Positions 8,613 through 18,977 are shown, numbered from the stretch's first letter. The stretch is DNA of 64,000 bases from Hyphomicrobiales bacterium (GCA_041691635.1 JBEPUH010000024.1:4677-68676), one strand, 5' to 3'. The notes: generated by a model not told the origin, from the sequence alone. Translations and numbers: made by a program.

Positions 8613-9683
8613 ATGGAATTCGGTGTCCTTTTCACGTCGCACCCCAATCCGAAGGAAGAGCCCTATCCGCACCGCGACGTGCATGCCCGCACAACGGAAG
8701 AAGTGATCGAGGCCGAGCGCCTGGGCTACGACACGGCCTGGATCGCCGAGCATCACTTCGCCACCAGCTACGGCATCATGCCCGACTGCTTCGCCTACAT
8801 GGCCTATCTCGCGGCCAAGACCAGCCGCATCAAGCTGGCGGCCGGCGTGATCACCCTGCCGCTCTACGACCCGATCCGGGTGGTGGAGAATGCGAGCTTC
8901 GTCGACATTCTCTCCGACGGCCGGGTCATGCTGGGCATCGGTTCGGGCTATCGACCCTACGAGTTCGTGGGCCTGGGCAAGGATTTCGACTCGCGTCGCG
9001 ATCAGGTCGAGGAAGCGGTCGGGCTGATGTTCGAGGCCTTCCATCGCCATCGCTGGGACCACAAGGGCAAGTACTACAACGGCACCGTGCAGGGCACCTA
9101 CGAGATGCTGCCGCATCCCGTGCAGATGCCGCATCCGCCGCTCTACATGGCCGGCGGCACCGACCGCTCGATCGGCTACTGCGGGCGCAACGGCTTCGGC
9201 CTCATGCTCTCGACCCTGCCCAGCATCGAGACGCTGGTGGCACAGACGACGCTCTACAAGCGCGAGCTCGCCACGGCCTCCGCCGAGCGCGCGAAGAACC
9301 CGGCGGCCGGCCAGATCGACATCGCGCGCTGGGTCTACATCGCCGACACCGACAGCCAGGCGCGCGCCGACACCGAGGAAGCGATCGTGCGCCACATTTC
9401 GCACTTCGGCGGCTCGGGCACCGGCGGCTATCTCGGCTCGGTCTCCGAGAAGGGCAGCGCCATCACCTACGACGACCTTGCCACGACGCTGCTGCACGGC
9501 TCCGCCGAGACGGTGATCGCCAAGCTGCGCGAAATGCAGGCGCGCACCGGCATGACCTCGTTGCTGCTGCATTACCCGCCCTACTACGGCCGCGAGAAGG
9601 CGATGCGCAGCCTCAAGCTCTTCGCCGAGCGCGTGATCCCGGCCTTCCGCCCGCCGGCGCGAAAGATGGCTGCCGCGGAGTGA
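8613..9683 (+). CDS. LLM-class flavin-dependent oxidoreductase (luciferase-like monooxygenase)
   Basis: MEFGVLFTSH...AERLGYDTAWIAEHHF...LGIGSGYRPYEF is the characteristic luciferase-like N-terminal pattern. Confidence 0.85.
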   Translation: MEFGVLFTSHPNPKEEPYPHRDVHARTTEEVIEAERLGYDTAWIAEHHFATSYGIMPDCFAYMAYLAAKTSRIKLAAGVITLPLYDPIRVVENASFVDILSDGRVMLGIGSGYRPYEFVGLGKDFDSRRDQVEEAVGLMFEAFHRHRWDHKGKYYNGTVQGTYEMLPHPVQMPHPPLYMAGGTDRSIGYCGRNGFGLMLSTLPSIETLVAQTTLYKRELATASAERAKNPAAGQIDIARWVYIADTDSQARADTEEAIVRHISHFGGSGTGGYLGSVSEKGSAITYDDLATTLLHGSAETVIAKLREMQARTGMTSLLLHYPPYYGREKAMRSLKLFAERVIPAFRPPARKMAAAE

Positions 9684-10597
9684 GCAGTACGCCCCAAGGC
9701 TCCCCCCAGAGCACACCCCAGAGCAAACAGGCGCTCGGCGCGCTGCTCACCGTGCTGGCCATGCTGGGCTTCGCCAGCATGGATGCGATCGCCAAGTGGC
9801 TGGTGGCCGACTACGCGATCGGCCAGATGATGTGGATCCGCTACGGCGTCTTCTGCGTCTTCGCCTGGCTGATCGTGCGACGGCGCGGCTTCCGCGCCTC
9901 GTTCCGCACCACGCGCCCCGTCCTGCAGGCCGGCCGCGCGCTGCTGGCGGTGGTCGAGAGCGCGGTCTTCGTCTTGGCCTTCCGCTACCTGCCGCTCGCC
10001 GACACCCATGCGATTGCCGCGACCTCGCCGCTGATCGTGATCGCGCTCGGTGCGCTGTTCCTGGGCGAGAAGGCCGGGATGGCGCGCGGGCTGGCGGTGG
10101 TGGCGGGCTTCGTCGGTGTCCTGCTGATCGTGCGCCCGGGCTTCCGCACGCTCGACTGGCCGCTGCTGATCCCCGTCGCCGGCGCGATCCTGTGGGGCAG
10201 CTATCAGATCCTGACACGCCTCTCCGCCCGCTCCGACTCGCCCGACACGACGCTGGTGTGGTCGGCCTTCGTGGCCTTCGCGGCAACGAGCGTCATGGGC
10301 ATCTACGAGTGGCGCTGGCCCGACGCCGTGAGCTGGCTACTGCTGTTGACCACCGGCCTGCTGGGCGCGCTGGCGCACTACGGGCTGATCCGCGCGCTCG
10401 ACTATGCGGAGGCGAGCGCCATCCAGCCTTACAGCTACACCTTGCTGGTCTGGGTGACCGTGCTAGGGGCCATCATCTTCGGCGATTTCCCCGACGGCTG
10501 GACGATCGCCGGCGCGGCGATTGTGGTGGCGAGCGGCCTCTACACCTGGCACCACGACCGGCGAACGGCGGTGCCCTCGGCTACTTCGAGCGCTTGA
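9680..10597 (+). CDS. DMT superfamily (EamA-like) transporter
   Basis: About 10 predicted TM segments with two EamA-like halves. There is a 4-nt start/stop overlap with the upstream LLM gene. Confidence 0.8.
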   Translation: MSSTPQGSPQSTPQSKQALGALLTVLAMLGFASMDAIAKWLVADYAIGQMMWIRYGVFCVFAWLIVRRRGFRASFRTTRPVLQAGRALLAVVESAVFVLAFRYLPLADTHAIAATSPLIVIALGALFLGEKAGMARGLAVVAGFVGVLLIVRPGFRTLDWPLLIPVAGAILWGSYQILTRLSARSDSPDTTLVWSAFVAFAATSVMGIYEWRWPDAVSWLLLLTTGLLGALAHYGLIRALDYAEASAIQPYSYTLLVWVTVLGAIIFGDFPDGWTIAGAAIVVASGLYTWHHDRRTAVPSATSSA

Positions 10598-11021
10598 CGA
10601 GGTTGCACGCCACGACGGCCGACGCAGGCTTGATGTCGCGATAGCAGGTGTCGATCGTGTCTGCGTCGACAAACACGCCGTCGATGAAGCCGTCCTTGGC
10701 CACCATGTAGATACGCTTGCCGTCGGCTGCGATCACGCCCATGAGGCGTTCGACCTGGAACGGCGAGGTGATCGTGCCCCAGAAGCGCGAGCCGTCCTGG
10801 CCTTCGATCTTGTAGGTGAACTTGACCTCGCGCAGCCTAAAGTTGCCGGCGGCCTTGCCGGTCTCGGTCGCAGGATGATGGGGTGCGGGGCCGTCCACGA
10901 CGGCGCTCCCCGTGCCCGACCAGCCGCCCTTCATGTCGACGACGGTCTGCGCACCGGCGCTGCTCGCGCCTGCCATGACCAACGCGACACTGAAACCAAG
11001 CAGACGATTGAAATAAACCAT
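10581..11021 (-). CDS. secreted hypothetical protein
   Basis: Signal peptide MVYFNRLLGFSVALVMAGASSAGAQ followed by a soluble beta-rich-looking body. No family recognised. Confidence 0.6.
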   Translation of the reverse strand: MVYFNRLLGFSVALVMAGASSAGAQTVVDMKGGWSGTGSAVVDGPAPHHPATETGKAAGNFRLREVKFTYKIEGQDGSRFWGTITSPFQVERLMGVIAADGKRIYMVAKDGFIDGVFVDADTIDTCYRDIKPASAVVACNLVKRSK

Positions 11022-11048
11022 TTAAGTCCCCCCAAGATATTGTTTGAG

Positions 11049-11837
11049 CTAGCGCGGCCACTGCCGGAGTGCCACCAGGCCGCCGTCGATCGGCAACAGC
11101 ACGCCGGTCACCCAGCGCGATTCGTCCGAGGCAAGATAGACCGCGCCATGGGCGATGTCCCAGGCCGTGCCTTCGCTCTGCATCGGCACCAGTTTCTTGC
11201 GCCGCTCGCGCGCCTCGGCGCCGAGGTGGGCCACCATCGGCGTGTGCACGGAGCCGACGATGATGCAGTTGGCGCGGATGTTCTGCGTAGCGTGGTCGGC
11301 TGCAACCGACAGAGTAAAGCCGTGCAGGCCGGCCTTGGCGGTGGCGTAGGCCACGGCGCCCTGGCTGCCCATCAGGCCTACCGCGCCGGCGATCGACGAA
11401 ACCATGACGATCGAGCCGCCGCCCGCCTCCTTCATCAGCGGCAGGCAGTATTTCGTGCACAGCATCGTGGTGGTGAGGTTGGCCTCCAGCACCTTGTTCC
11501 AGTCGCTGAGCGTCACCGTCTCGGGCGTGCCGGCGGCACCAATGCCCACGTTGTTGTGCAGGATGTCGAGCCGGCCGTAGGTCTTCTTCGCAAAGGCCGC
11601 CATCGCCTCGGCGGCGTCGGCGCGGGCGACATCGCCCGCGAACACCGAGGCCTCGCCGCCTTCGTCCTTGATCTGTTTTGCAAGCTTCTCCGCGCGCTCG
11701 GCGCTGCGGTTGACCAGCACGACCTTCGCACCCTCGCGCGCGAACAGGATCGCCGTCGCCATGCCGTTGCCGACGCCCTCGCCACGCGGCGCCGCGCCCG
11801 TCACAACGGCGACCTTGCCTTTCAACCGTCCGGCCAT
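11049..11837 (-). CDS. short-chain dehydrogenase/reductase (SDR)
   Basis: Starts MAGRLKGKVAVVTGAA, preceded by GGGAGAA. NNVGIG and YATAKAG catalytic motifs are present. Confidence 0.85.
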   Translation of the reverse strand: MAGRLKGKVAVVTGAAPRGEGVGNGMATAILFAREGAKVVLVNRSAERAEKLAKQIKDEGGEASVFAGDVARADAAEAMAAFAKKTYGRLDILHNNVGIGAAGTPETVTLSDWNKVLEANLTTTMLCTKYCLPLMKEAGGGSIVMVSSIAGAVGLMGSQGAVAYATAKAGLHGFTLSVAADHATQNIRANCIIVGSVHTPMVAHLGAEARERRKKLVPMQSEGTAWDIAHGAVYLASDESRWVTGVLLPIDGGLVALRQWPR

Positions 11838-11877
11838 ATGTTCGTTCTCCCTTCCCCGGATGCTAGGGCGCGAACCG

Positions 11878-12363
11878 ATGACCGGCAACAAAGACACGTT
11901 CGAGGGCGGCTGCACCTGCCGCCATGTGCGCTATCGCATGACGTCGAAACCGATGTTCGTGCATGGCTGCCACTGCACCTGGTGCCAGCGCGAAACCGGC
12001 AGCGCCTTCGCGACCAACGCCATGATCGAAGCCGACCGGGTCGAACTCACGAGCCAGGGCGTGCCCGAGCTGGTCGACACCCCCACCGCGAGCGGCAAGG
12101 GCCAGAAGATCTGGCGCTGTCCCAAGTGCCGGGTCACGGTGTGGAGCAACTACTCTGGCGCCGGCGACAAGGTGCGCTTCGTGCGCGTGGGCTCGCTCGA
12201 TGCAGGCCATGGCCTCGCGCCCGACATCCACATCTTCACCACGACCAAGCTGCCCTGGGTCGTGCTGCCCGCGGGCGCGCCGGCGGTTGCCGAGTACTAC
12301 AAGCCGAAGGAAATGTGGCCTGCGGAGAGCCAGGCGCGCTTCGCCGCGCTGCGCAAAGCCTAG
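11878..12363 (+). CDS. GFA family protein (glutathione-dependent formaldehyde-activating / CENP-V-like Zn-binding domain)
   Basis: Cys pattern GGCTCRHVRY...HGCHCTWCQRETGSAF...WRCPKC. Internal ATG at 11878 within ORF 11668..12363. Confidence 0.8.
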   Translation: MTGNKDTFEGGCTCRHVRYRMTSKPMFVHGCHCTWCQRETGSAFATNAMIEADRVELTSQGVPELVDTPTASGKGQKIWRCPKCRVTVWSNYSGAGDKVRFVRVGSLDAGHGLAPDIHIFTTTKLPWVVLPAGAPAVAEYYKPKEMWPAESQARFAALRKA

Positions 12364-12376
12364 AGGGAAAACACCG

Positions 12377-14119
12377 ATGACGACCAAGAGCAAGAAGGCC
12401 GCCAAGGACCTGCGTAGCGCGCGCTGGTTCGCGCCCGACGACCTGCGCGCGTTCGGCCACCGCTCGCGCGCCATGCAGATGGGCTACGCACCCGAGGAGT
12501 GGACCGGCAAGCCGGTGATCGCCATCCTCAACACTTGGTCCGACGCCCAGCCCTGCCATATGCACTTCAAGACGCGCGTGGAAGACGTGAAGCGCGGCAT
12601 CCTGCAGGCCGGCGGCTTCCCGATGGAGCTGCCGGCGCTGTCGCTGTCGGAAAGCTTCCTGAAGCCGACCACGATGCTCTATCGCAACCTGCTGGCCATG
12701 GATGCCGAGGAACTTCTGCGCGGGCATCCCGTCGACGGCGTCGTGCTGATGGGCGGTTGCGACAAGACCACACCCGCGCTGCTGCTGGGCGCGATCAGCA
12801 TGGGCATTCCCACGATCTACCTGCCGGCTGGGCCGATGCTGCGCGGTAACTGGAAAGGCAAGGTGCTGGGCTCGGGCTCCGACGCGTGGAAATACTGGGA
12901 TGAAAGGCGCGCGGGAAAAATCTCCGACGACGACTGGGTCGACGTCGAGGCCGGCATCGCCCGGAGTTACGGCACCTGCATGACCATGGGCACGGCCGCC
13001 ACGATGATGGCGATCGCCGAGACCCTCGGCATGTCCCTGCCCGGCGCTTCGTCGATCCCGGCGGCCGACGCCAACCACATCCGCATGGCCTCGCAGACCG
13101 GCCGGCGCATCGTCGACATGGTGTGGGAGGATCTCGTGCCCAGGAAGATCCTGACCAGGGACGCCTTCCTGAATGCGATCACCGTGGCCATGGCGGTCGG
13201 CTGCTCGACCAACGCCATCATCCATCTGATTGCCCTAGCCCGCCGTGCCGGCCAGGACGTCGGCCTCGACGATTTCGAGCGCGCCAGCCGCAAGGTGCCG
13301 GTCATCGCCAACATCCGGCCCTCGGGCGACAAATACCTGATGGAGGATTTCTTCTATGCCGGCGGGCTGCCCGGATTGATGGAGCAGATCCGCGACAGCC
13401 TGCATCTCGGCGCGATGACCATCACAGGCCGGACGGTCGGCGAGAACATCAAGGGCGCGGAAATCTACAACGACGACGTGATCCGCACGGTCAAGAATCC
13501 GATCTATGCCGAGGGCGCGCTCGCCGTGCTGAAAGGCAACCTTGCGCCCGATGGCTGCGTCATCAAGCCGTCGGCGTGCTCCCCGAAGTTCCTGAAGCAC
13601 ACCGGGCCGGCGCTGGTGTTCGACGACTATCCCTCGATGAAGGCCGCGATCGACCGCGACGACCTCGACGTGACCGAAGACACGGTGCTGGTCCTGCGCA
13701 ACGCCGGTCCCCAGGGCGGCCCGGGCATGCCGGAATGGGGGATGTTGCCGATCCCCAAGAAACTGGTGAAGCAGGGCGTGCGCGACATGGTGCGGCTCTC
13801 CGACAGCCGCATGAGCGGCACCAGCTACGGCGCCTGCATCCTGCACGTCTCTCCGGAGTCCTATATCGGCGGGCCGCTCGCTTTGGTGAAGACCGGCGAC
13901 ATGATCTCGCTCGACGTCGACAAGCGCACGATCGACATGAACGTGTCGGACGCCGAGCTCGCCAAGCGCAAAGCGGCATGGAAGAAGCCCGAGCCGCGCT
14001 ACGAGCGCGGCTACGGCTGGATGTTCACCAGGCATATCAAGCAGGCCAACGAGGGTTGCGACTTCGACTTCCTCGAAACCAGCTTCGGCGCTCCCGTTGC
14101 CGAGCCGTCGATCTACTGA
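12377..14119 (+). CDS. IlvD/Edd family dehydratase (sugar-acid dehydratase-like)
   Basis: GGCDKTTPALLLGA, SYGTCMTMGTAATM and RMSGTSYG motifs. The N-terminus RSARWFAPDDLRAFGHRSR is typical of the aldonate-dehydratase branch. Confidence 0.9.
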   Translation: MTTKSKKAAKDLRSARWFAPDDLRAFGHRSRAMQMGYAPEEWTGKPVIAILNTWSDAQPCHMHFKTRVEDVKRGILQAGGFPMELPALSLSESFLKPTTMLYRNLLAMDAEELLRGHPVDGVVLMGGCDKTTPALLLGAISMGIPTIYLPAGPMLRGNWKGKVLGSGSDAWKYWDERRAGKISDDDWVDVEAGIARSYGTCMTMGTAATMMAIAETLGMSLPGASSIPAADANHIRMASQTGRRIVDMVWEDLVPRKILTRDAFLNAITVAMAVGCSTNAIIHLIALARRAGQDVGLDDFERASRKVPVIANIRPSGDKYLMEDFFYAGGLPGLMEQIRDSLHLGAMTITGRTVGENIKGAEIYNDDVIRTVKNPIYAEGALAVLKGNLAPDGCVIKPSACSPKFLKHTGPALVFDDYPSMKAAIDRDDLDVTEDTVLVLRNAGPQGGPGMPEWGMLPIPKKLVKQGVRDMVRLSDSRMSGTSYGACILHVSPESYIGGPLALVKTGDMISLDVDKRTIDMNVSDAELAKRKAAWKKPEPRYERGYGWMFTRHIKQANEGCDFDFLETSFGAPVAEPSIY

Positions 14120-14180
14120 GGAGCGGACGATGAAGACCGAGACACGCGACAAGCTCCCCACCATCAGCCGCTAGCGGCCG

Positions 14181-14420
14181 ATGATCCAGGCAACCGGCCT
14201 CAGCGAATTGCGCGACAATGTGCGCGTCTACTTCCCGCAGAGCTTCGACCTGCCGCCGCGGGTTCGTTCATCGGTGAAGATCCGCTACGGCAACGGCCGC
14301 CTCTCGACGGCACGCGTGGTGTCGATCACCGACGGCGGCGACACGCTGGAGATCTTCGTCGACGGCCGCGACTGGTTCCTGCACAAGGATCGGCAAACCG
14401 ACTACTGGATCGTCGCCTGA
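14181..14420 (+). CDS. small hypothetical protein
   Basis: 79-aa ORF in an otherwise empty gap with a plausible composition. No recognisable family and no clear RBS. Confidence 0.35.
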   Translation: MIQATGLSELRDNVRVYFPQSFDLPPRVRSSVKIRYGNGRLSTARVVSITDGGDTLEIFVDGRDWFLHKDRQTDYWIVA

Positions 14421-14426
14421 CGCGCC

Positions 14427-15458
14427 TCAGCGGCCGTCGTTCCAATAGTCGCCGAGTTTCGTCGCCAGCCATTTCGCGAGAGCCGCGTTCACATCGACGG
14501 GCTTCTCCTGCGCCATCCAGTGGCCCGACTTCACCACCCCCTCGGTGAGGTCCGCGCAGTCGCGGCGCATCGGCTCGGCCAGGCGCGAGGTCATGGTCTC
14601 GCAGGTCGTGTCGTAGGCGCCGTGCAGGAACAGCACCGGCATCGCGAGCTTGCCGCCGTTCTTCGCCGTCTTCGCATAGGCGCCGTTGGCCTTGTGGTTC
14701 ATGTACCAGGAGTCCGGTCCGAAGAAGCCGTTGCGCGTCAGCGACGCGGTATAGGCCTCGAGGTCGGCTTCGGTGATCACGTCGTTGTCGCGCGGCACGT
14801 CGGGAAAGGGCGCGCCGCCGAACCAGCCGCCGCGCTTGCGAACGCCCGCCGTGCGCGAGGGCTTGCCGACCCCGTCGGCGCTGCCTTTGCGGAACAACGC
14901 CTTCACCGTGTTGCGGATGTCGGCCTCGAAGGTGGCGCGCGCCTGCTCGAAGCTTTCCTCGTAATAGAACTGATAGTCCCACTGGCCCGCCGGATGCTCC
15001 GCCTCGGGATAGACCTTGCGATCGACCAGCGGCACGACCGCGTCGAGCGTGAAGCCATCGGCAAGATACGGCACGCACAGGCTGGCCACGCCGACGGTCT
15101 TCTCGGGGTGATGAGTGGCGATGTTCCAGACGACGGGGCTGCCCCAGTCGTGGCCGATCCACACCGCCCTGTCGCGCCCCAGTGCCGCCAAGAGCTCGAG
15201 CATGTCCTGGACGATGGCCTCCTGCGCGAAATCCTCGTGCCGCGCATAGGTGCTCGACCGGCCGTAACCGCGCATGTCGGGCGCGATGCAGCGAAAGCCC
15301 AGTGCCGCAAACGCCGGCAACTGGTGGCGCCAGGAGATCGAGAGCTCGGGCCAGCCGTGGACGAAGATCAGCAGGGGTGCTGCTTCCGCTCCGCAGGCGA
15401 GATAGCCCGTGGTGTGGCGCGCGGACTTGACGGTGTGTTCGGTGACCGGGAATGTCAT
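14427..15458 (-). CDS. alpha/beta hydrolase, epoxide hydrolase-like
   Basis: FVHGWPELSISWRHQ (HGWP oxyanion motif) and IGHDWGS (nucleophile elbow). Starts MTFPVTEHTVK within the fused ORF 14427..15872. Confidence 0.85.
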   Translation of the reverse strand: MTFPVTEHTVKSARHTTGYLACGAEAAPLLIFVHGWPELSISWRHQLPAFAALGFRCIAPDMRGYGRSSTYARHEDFAQEAIVQDMLELLAALGRDRAVWIGHDWGSPVVWNIATHHPEKTVGVASLCVPYLADGFTLDAVVPLVDRKVYPEAEHPAGQWDYQFYYEESFEQARATFEADIRNTVKALFRKGSADGVGKPSRTAGVRKRGGWFGGAPFPDVPRDNDVITEADLEAYTASLTRNGFFGPDSWYMNHKANGAYAKTAKNGGKLAMPVLFLHGAYDTTCETMTSRLAEPMRRDCADLTEGVVKSGHWMAQEKPVDVNAALAKWLATKLGDYWNDGR

Positions 15459-15474
15459 GTCGAAAGAGGGTCCC

Positions 15475-16287
15475 ATGAAAATCGACACCGGTACAACCGA
15501 GCTTTTGTGCGAAGTCCGTGACGGCGTGGCGCTGATCACGCTCAACCGGCCGGAGGCGCGCAACGCGATGTCGCCCGATCTCACCGGGGCGCTGCGCACG
15601 CAGATCAAGGAGCGCGGTGACGATCCGGACGTGGGTGCGCTGCTGATCACCGGCGCCGGCACCGCCTTCTGCAGCGGCGGCGACGTCAAGGGCATGGGTG
15701 GCCGCGGGCCGCGCGGACAGATGAGTTTCGAGGAGCGCCTGTCCGACCTGCGCTGGCGGCAGTCGAACCTGACCGGCGCGCTGTTCGCCGTACGCAAGCC
15801 CACCATCGCCGCCCTCCCCGGCGCCGCCGCGGGCGCGGGCCTGGCGATCGCGCTCGCCTGCGACATCCGCATCGCCGCAACATCGGCCTTCGCCGCGACC
15901 GGCTATGCCCGCATCGGCCTCAGCGGCGATTACGGCATGTCATGGTTGCTCACGCGCACGGTGGGCGCGATGCGGGCGCGCGAGCTGATGCTCACCGCCG
16001 AGAGGGTCGACGCCGAGCGCTGCGAGCGCATCGGGCTGGTCAACCGCGTCGTCGACGACGCCAAGCTGCAGAACGAGGCCTTCGCACTGGCCAGGTCGCT
16101 GGCCGAGGGCCCGCGCGTCGCCTTCCGTCACATGAAGGACAATCTCGACGAAGCGCCGGGCATTGACTACGCGACCGCCATGCATCGCGAGGCCGAGCGG
16201 CTGACGCAGTGCTCGCGCACCGCCGATCACAAGGAGGCGGTGCAGGCCTTCGTGGACAAGCGCAAGCCGTCGTTCATCGGGCGCTAG
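15475..16287 (+). CDS. enoyl-CoA hydratase/isomerase family protein
   Basis: ALITLNRPEARNAM...LITGAGTAFCSGGDV...AALPGAAAGAGLAIALACD. An alternative start exists at 15457. Confidence 0.85.
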   Translation: MKIDTGTTELLCEVRDGVALITLNRPEARNAMSPDLTGALRTQIKERGDDPDVGALLITGAGTAFCSGGDVKGMGGRGPRGQMSFEERLSDLRWRQSNLTGALFAVRKPTIAALPGAAAGAGLAIALACDIRIAATSAFAATGYARIGLSGDYGMSWLLTRTVGAMRARELMLTAERVDAERCERIGLVNRVVDDAKLQNEAFALARSLAEGPRVAFRHMKDNLDEAPGIDYATAMHREAERLTQCSRTADHKEAVQAFVDKRKPSFIGR

Positions 16288-16296
16288 GCCCGCGCC

Positions 16297-16950
16297 TCAG
16301 TCGCGGTCCGGCGCGCCGGGCGGGAAGAATTTGCGATAAGGCCGCGCCTCGTCGACCGCGCGAGCCACCGACGGACGCTTCAGCAGCCGCGCGCGATAGT
16401 CGCGCACGACCGGGAACCGGTCGCCGATCGGCTGGACCCAGTCGGCATAGAACAGCGACGGCGCGGCAGCACAGTCCGCCAGCGTGAAGGCATCGCCCGC
16501 CGCCCATGGCCTGCCGGCGAGCGTCGTCTCGAGCCAGCCATAGGAAGCGTCGAGCCGTGTCCTGGCATCGGCGACGCCACGCGGGTCGCCCTCGCCCTCG
16601 GGGCGGAGATGGTCGCCAACCACCTTCTGCATCGGCGTCATGACGTAGTTGTCGAAGAAGCGATCGAGAAAGCGCACGTCGAGCGCGGCTTGCGGATCGG
16701 CCGGGATCAGCCGCGCCTTGCCCGGATGACGCAGCATGAGGTGCTCGATGACGATGCTCGACTCGGCGACAGACACGTCGTCGCCGGTCACCACCGGCAT
16801 CAAACCCAGAGGCCACAGCTTCGACAATTCGCCAAAGCCCGCCGCATCCTCGATCATGTGCCAGGTGAAAGGCGTCTCGTTCTCGTAAAAGGCGATCAGC
16901 ACCTTCTGGCAATAGGACGAAAAGGGATGACCGAGGAAGACGATTGCCAT
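16297..16950 (-). CDS. glutathione S-transferase family protein
   Basis: The N-terminal thioredoxin-like part is SSYCQKVLIAFYENETPF...LMPVV...ESSIVIEHL. The helical C-terminal domain carries TLADCAAAPSL. Its ATG overlaps the upstream stop (TGATG). Confidence 0.8.
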   Translation of the reverse strand: MAIVFLGHPFSSYCQKVLIAFYENETPFTWHMIEDAAGFGELSKLWPLGLMPVVTGDDVSVAESSIVIEHLMLRHPGKARLIPADPQAALDVRFLDRFFDNYVMTPMQKVVGDHLRPEGEGDPRGVADARTRLDASYGWLETTLAGRPWAAGDAFTLADCAAAPSLFYADWVQPIGDRFPVVRDYRARLLKRPSVARAVDEARPYRKFFPPGAPDRD

Positions 16951-17945
16951 CAGACCCTCACTGCACGCTTGCCACGGTTGGTGCCCTCGAACAGGCCGAT
17001 CAGCGCCTGCGGCGCCTTGTCGAGCCCGTCGACGATGTCGACGATCGCCTTGATCTTGCCCTCCGCCACCCAGCGCGCCAGCCGCGCCTCGGCCTCGGCG
17101 CGACGGTCGTAGAAATCCATGACGATGAAGCCTTCCATGCGCAAACGCTTGGTGACGACGAGGCCCGGCACCATCATCGGGCCGGGCGCGGGCTTGTCGA
17201 CGTCGTATTGCGAGACGTTGCCGCAACAGGCGATGCGGCCGCGCAGGTTCATCAGCGACAGCGCGGCATCGAGCACCGGGCCGCCGGTGTTGTCGAAATA
17301 GACGTCAATGCCGGCGGGACAGGCCGCGGCGATGGCGCGGCGCACGCCGCCCGCCTTGTAGTCGACCGCGGCATCGAAGCCCAATTCGCGCACCAGCCAG
17401 TCGCATTTGTCCTGGCCGCCCGCCGTGCCGACGACGCGGCAGCCGGAGAGCTTGGCGATCTGGCCCACCATCGTGCCGACCGCGCCCGCCGCCGCCGAGA
17501 CCAGCACCGTGTCGCCGGGTTTGGGCCGGCCGATTTCCAGGAGGCCGAAATAGGCCGTGAGGCCGGTGACGCTGAGCGGCCCGACCAGCAGCTCGAGCGG
17601 CACGCCGGACGTACGCTTGGTGAGGCGACGCGCCGGCATCGCGGCATATTCCTGCCAGCCCCAGTCGCCCTCGACGATGTCGCCGGGCGCGAAACCCTCG
17701 GCGTGCGACTCCATCACCTCGCCGATGGTGAAGCCGCTCATCACCTGCCCGGGCTCGAGCGCGTCACGATAGGTCTTGCCCATCATCCACGCGCGATTGG
17801 CGGGATCGAGCGACAGCATGCGCGTCTTCACCAGCACCTCGCCCGCCTGTGCCGTCGGCATCGCCGTCTCGTGCCACTGGAACGTGTCGGCGGCGATCTT
17901 GCCGGCCGGCTGCTTGGCGTAGAGCCACTGGTGATTGCGGTTCAT
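16950..17945 (-). CDS. NADP-dependent oxidoreductase (medium-chain dehydrogenase/reductase, YncB/alkenal reductase-like)
   Basis: Cofactor motif VSAAAGAVGTMVGQIAK and the typical N-terminus NHQWLYAKQPAG...F. Confidence 0.85.
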   Translation of the reverse strand: MNRNHQWLYAKQPAGKIAADTFQWHETAMPTAQAGEVLVKTRMLSLDPANRAWMMGKTYRDALEPGQVMSGFTIGEVMESHAEGFAPGDIVEGDWGWQEYAAMPARRLTKRTSGVPLELLVGPLSVTGLTAYFGLLEIGRPKPGDTVLVSAAAGAVGTMVGQIAKLSGCRVVGTAGGQDKCDWLVRELGFDAAVDYKAGGVRRAIAAACPAGIDVYFDNTGGPVLDAALSLMNLRGRIACCGNVSQYDVDKPAPGPMMVPGLVVTKRLRMEGFIVMDFYDRRAEAEARLARWVAEGKIKAIVDIVDGLDKAPQALIGLFEGTNRGKRAVRV

Positions 17946-17949
17946 GGGT

Positions 17950-18765
17950 TCAGTCCTTGTAGTTCGCCGCCCGCTTCTGCAGGTTCGACATGATCGCCTC
18001 GATCTGGTTGGCACCGCCGATCAGCTTGCGCTGCTCGACCGACTCGGCCATCAGGCCGGCGGCGGCGTCGACCGCCACGGCATCGTTCAGCAGGCGCTTG
18101 TCGGCGCGGATGGCGTCGGGACTCTTGTCGGCGATCTCCCGGGCGACCTCGAGGGCGGCGGCGCGGGGATCGGCAACCACGCGCGTCACGAAGCCGTACT
18201 GCTGGGCCTCGGCGCCGTTGAAGATGCGGCCGGTGTAGGTGAGCTCGCGCACGATATCCTCGCGCGCCAGATGCCGCATGAGCTGCGTGCCGGCAAGGTC
18301 GGGCACGAGGCCCCACTTGATCTCCATCACCGAGAAGCGCGTGTCGGCCGTGGCGTAGCGCATGTCGGGGCCGAGCGCGATCTGGAAGCCGCCGCCGAAC
18401 GCCACGCCATGGACCGCGGCGATCACCGGCACCGGGAGCGTGCGCCACACCCAGGCGCATTGCTGCGGGCGGTTGGCGATGCCATGGGTGCGCGCGGTGA
18501 GGTCGCGCGCGCCCGGTACGGTCTCCTTGTCCGCCTGCTCCTTCATCGCGGCGAAGCTTCCCATGTCGAGCCCGGCGCAGAACGCCTTGCCCTCGCCCGA
18601 CAGGACGACACAGCGCAGACCCTTCATCGCCGCCAGCGCCGCGCCTGCCTCGATGATGCCCTCGAACATCGCATGGTCGAGCGCGTTCATCTTGTCGGCG
18701 CGGATCAGGCGGACATCGGCCACACCGTCCTTGAGGTCGATCGAGACGCGGTCCCGGATGTTCAT
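17950..18765 (-). CDS. crotonase/enoyl-CoA hydratase family protein
   Basis: VVLSGEGKAFCAGLD and AAVHGVAFGGGFQIAL. Strong RBS GGAGGGGGACAA before the ATG. Confidence 0.85.
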   Translation of the reverse strand: MNIRDRVSIDLKDGVADVRLIRADKMNALDHAMFEGIIEAGAALAAMKGLRCVVLSGEGKAFCAGLDMGSFAAMKEQADKETVPGARDLTARTHGIANRPQQCAWVWRTLPVPVIAAVHGVAFGGGFQIALGPDMRYATADTRFSVMEIKWGLVPDLAGTQLMRHLAREDIVRELTYTGRIFNGAEAQQYGFVTRVVADPRAAALEVAREIADKSPDAIRADKRLLNDAVAVDAAAGLMAESVEQRKLIGGANQIEAIMSNLQKRAANYKD

Positions 18766-18977
18766 TTGTCCCCCTCCGATTTCAGCCACTCGCGCAGGCG
18801 GCGCTTCACCTCGTCCGGCGACAGGCGCTCCGGTGGTTCTGGCGGCTTCAGGCTGCCGTCGGCCGCTTTCGGCCACATCAGCACGGCAATCGCGCGCTGC
18901 ATGTCGGCGAAGGTGCAGTCGTCGGGCAGCCGGTCGAGCAGCACCTTCACCTGTTCCTTGGGAGTCTGGTCACTCAT
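18762..18977 (-). CDS. small hypothetical protein (71 aa), translationally coupled on both sides
   Basis: MSDQTPKEQVKVLLDRLPDDCTFADMQRAIAVLMW... ATGA overlaps with both the TauE stop (18974-18977) and the crotonase start (18762-18765). Confidence 0.55.
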   Translation of the reverse strand: MSDQTPKEQVKVLLDRLPDDCTFADMQRAIAVLMWPKAADGSLKPPEPPERLSPDEVKRRLREWLKSEGDK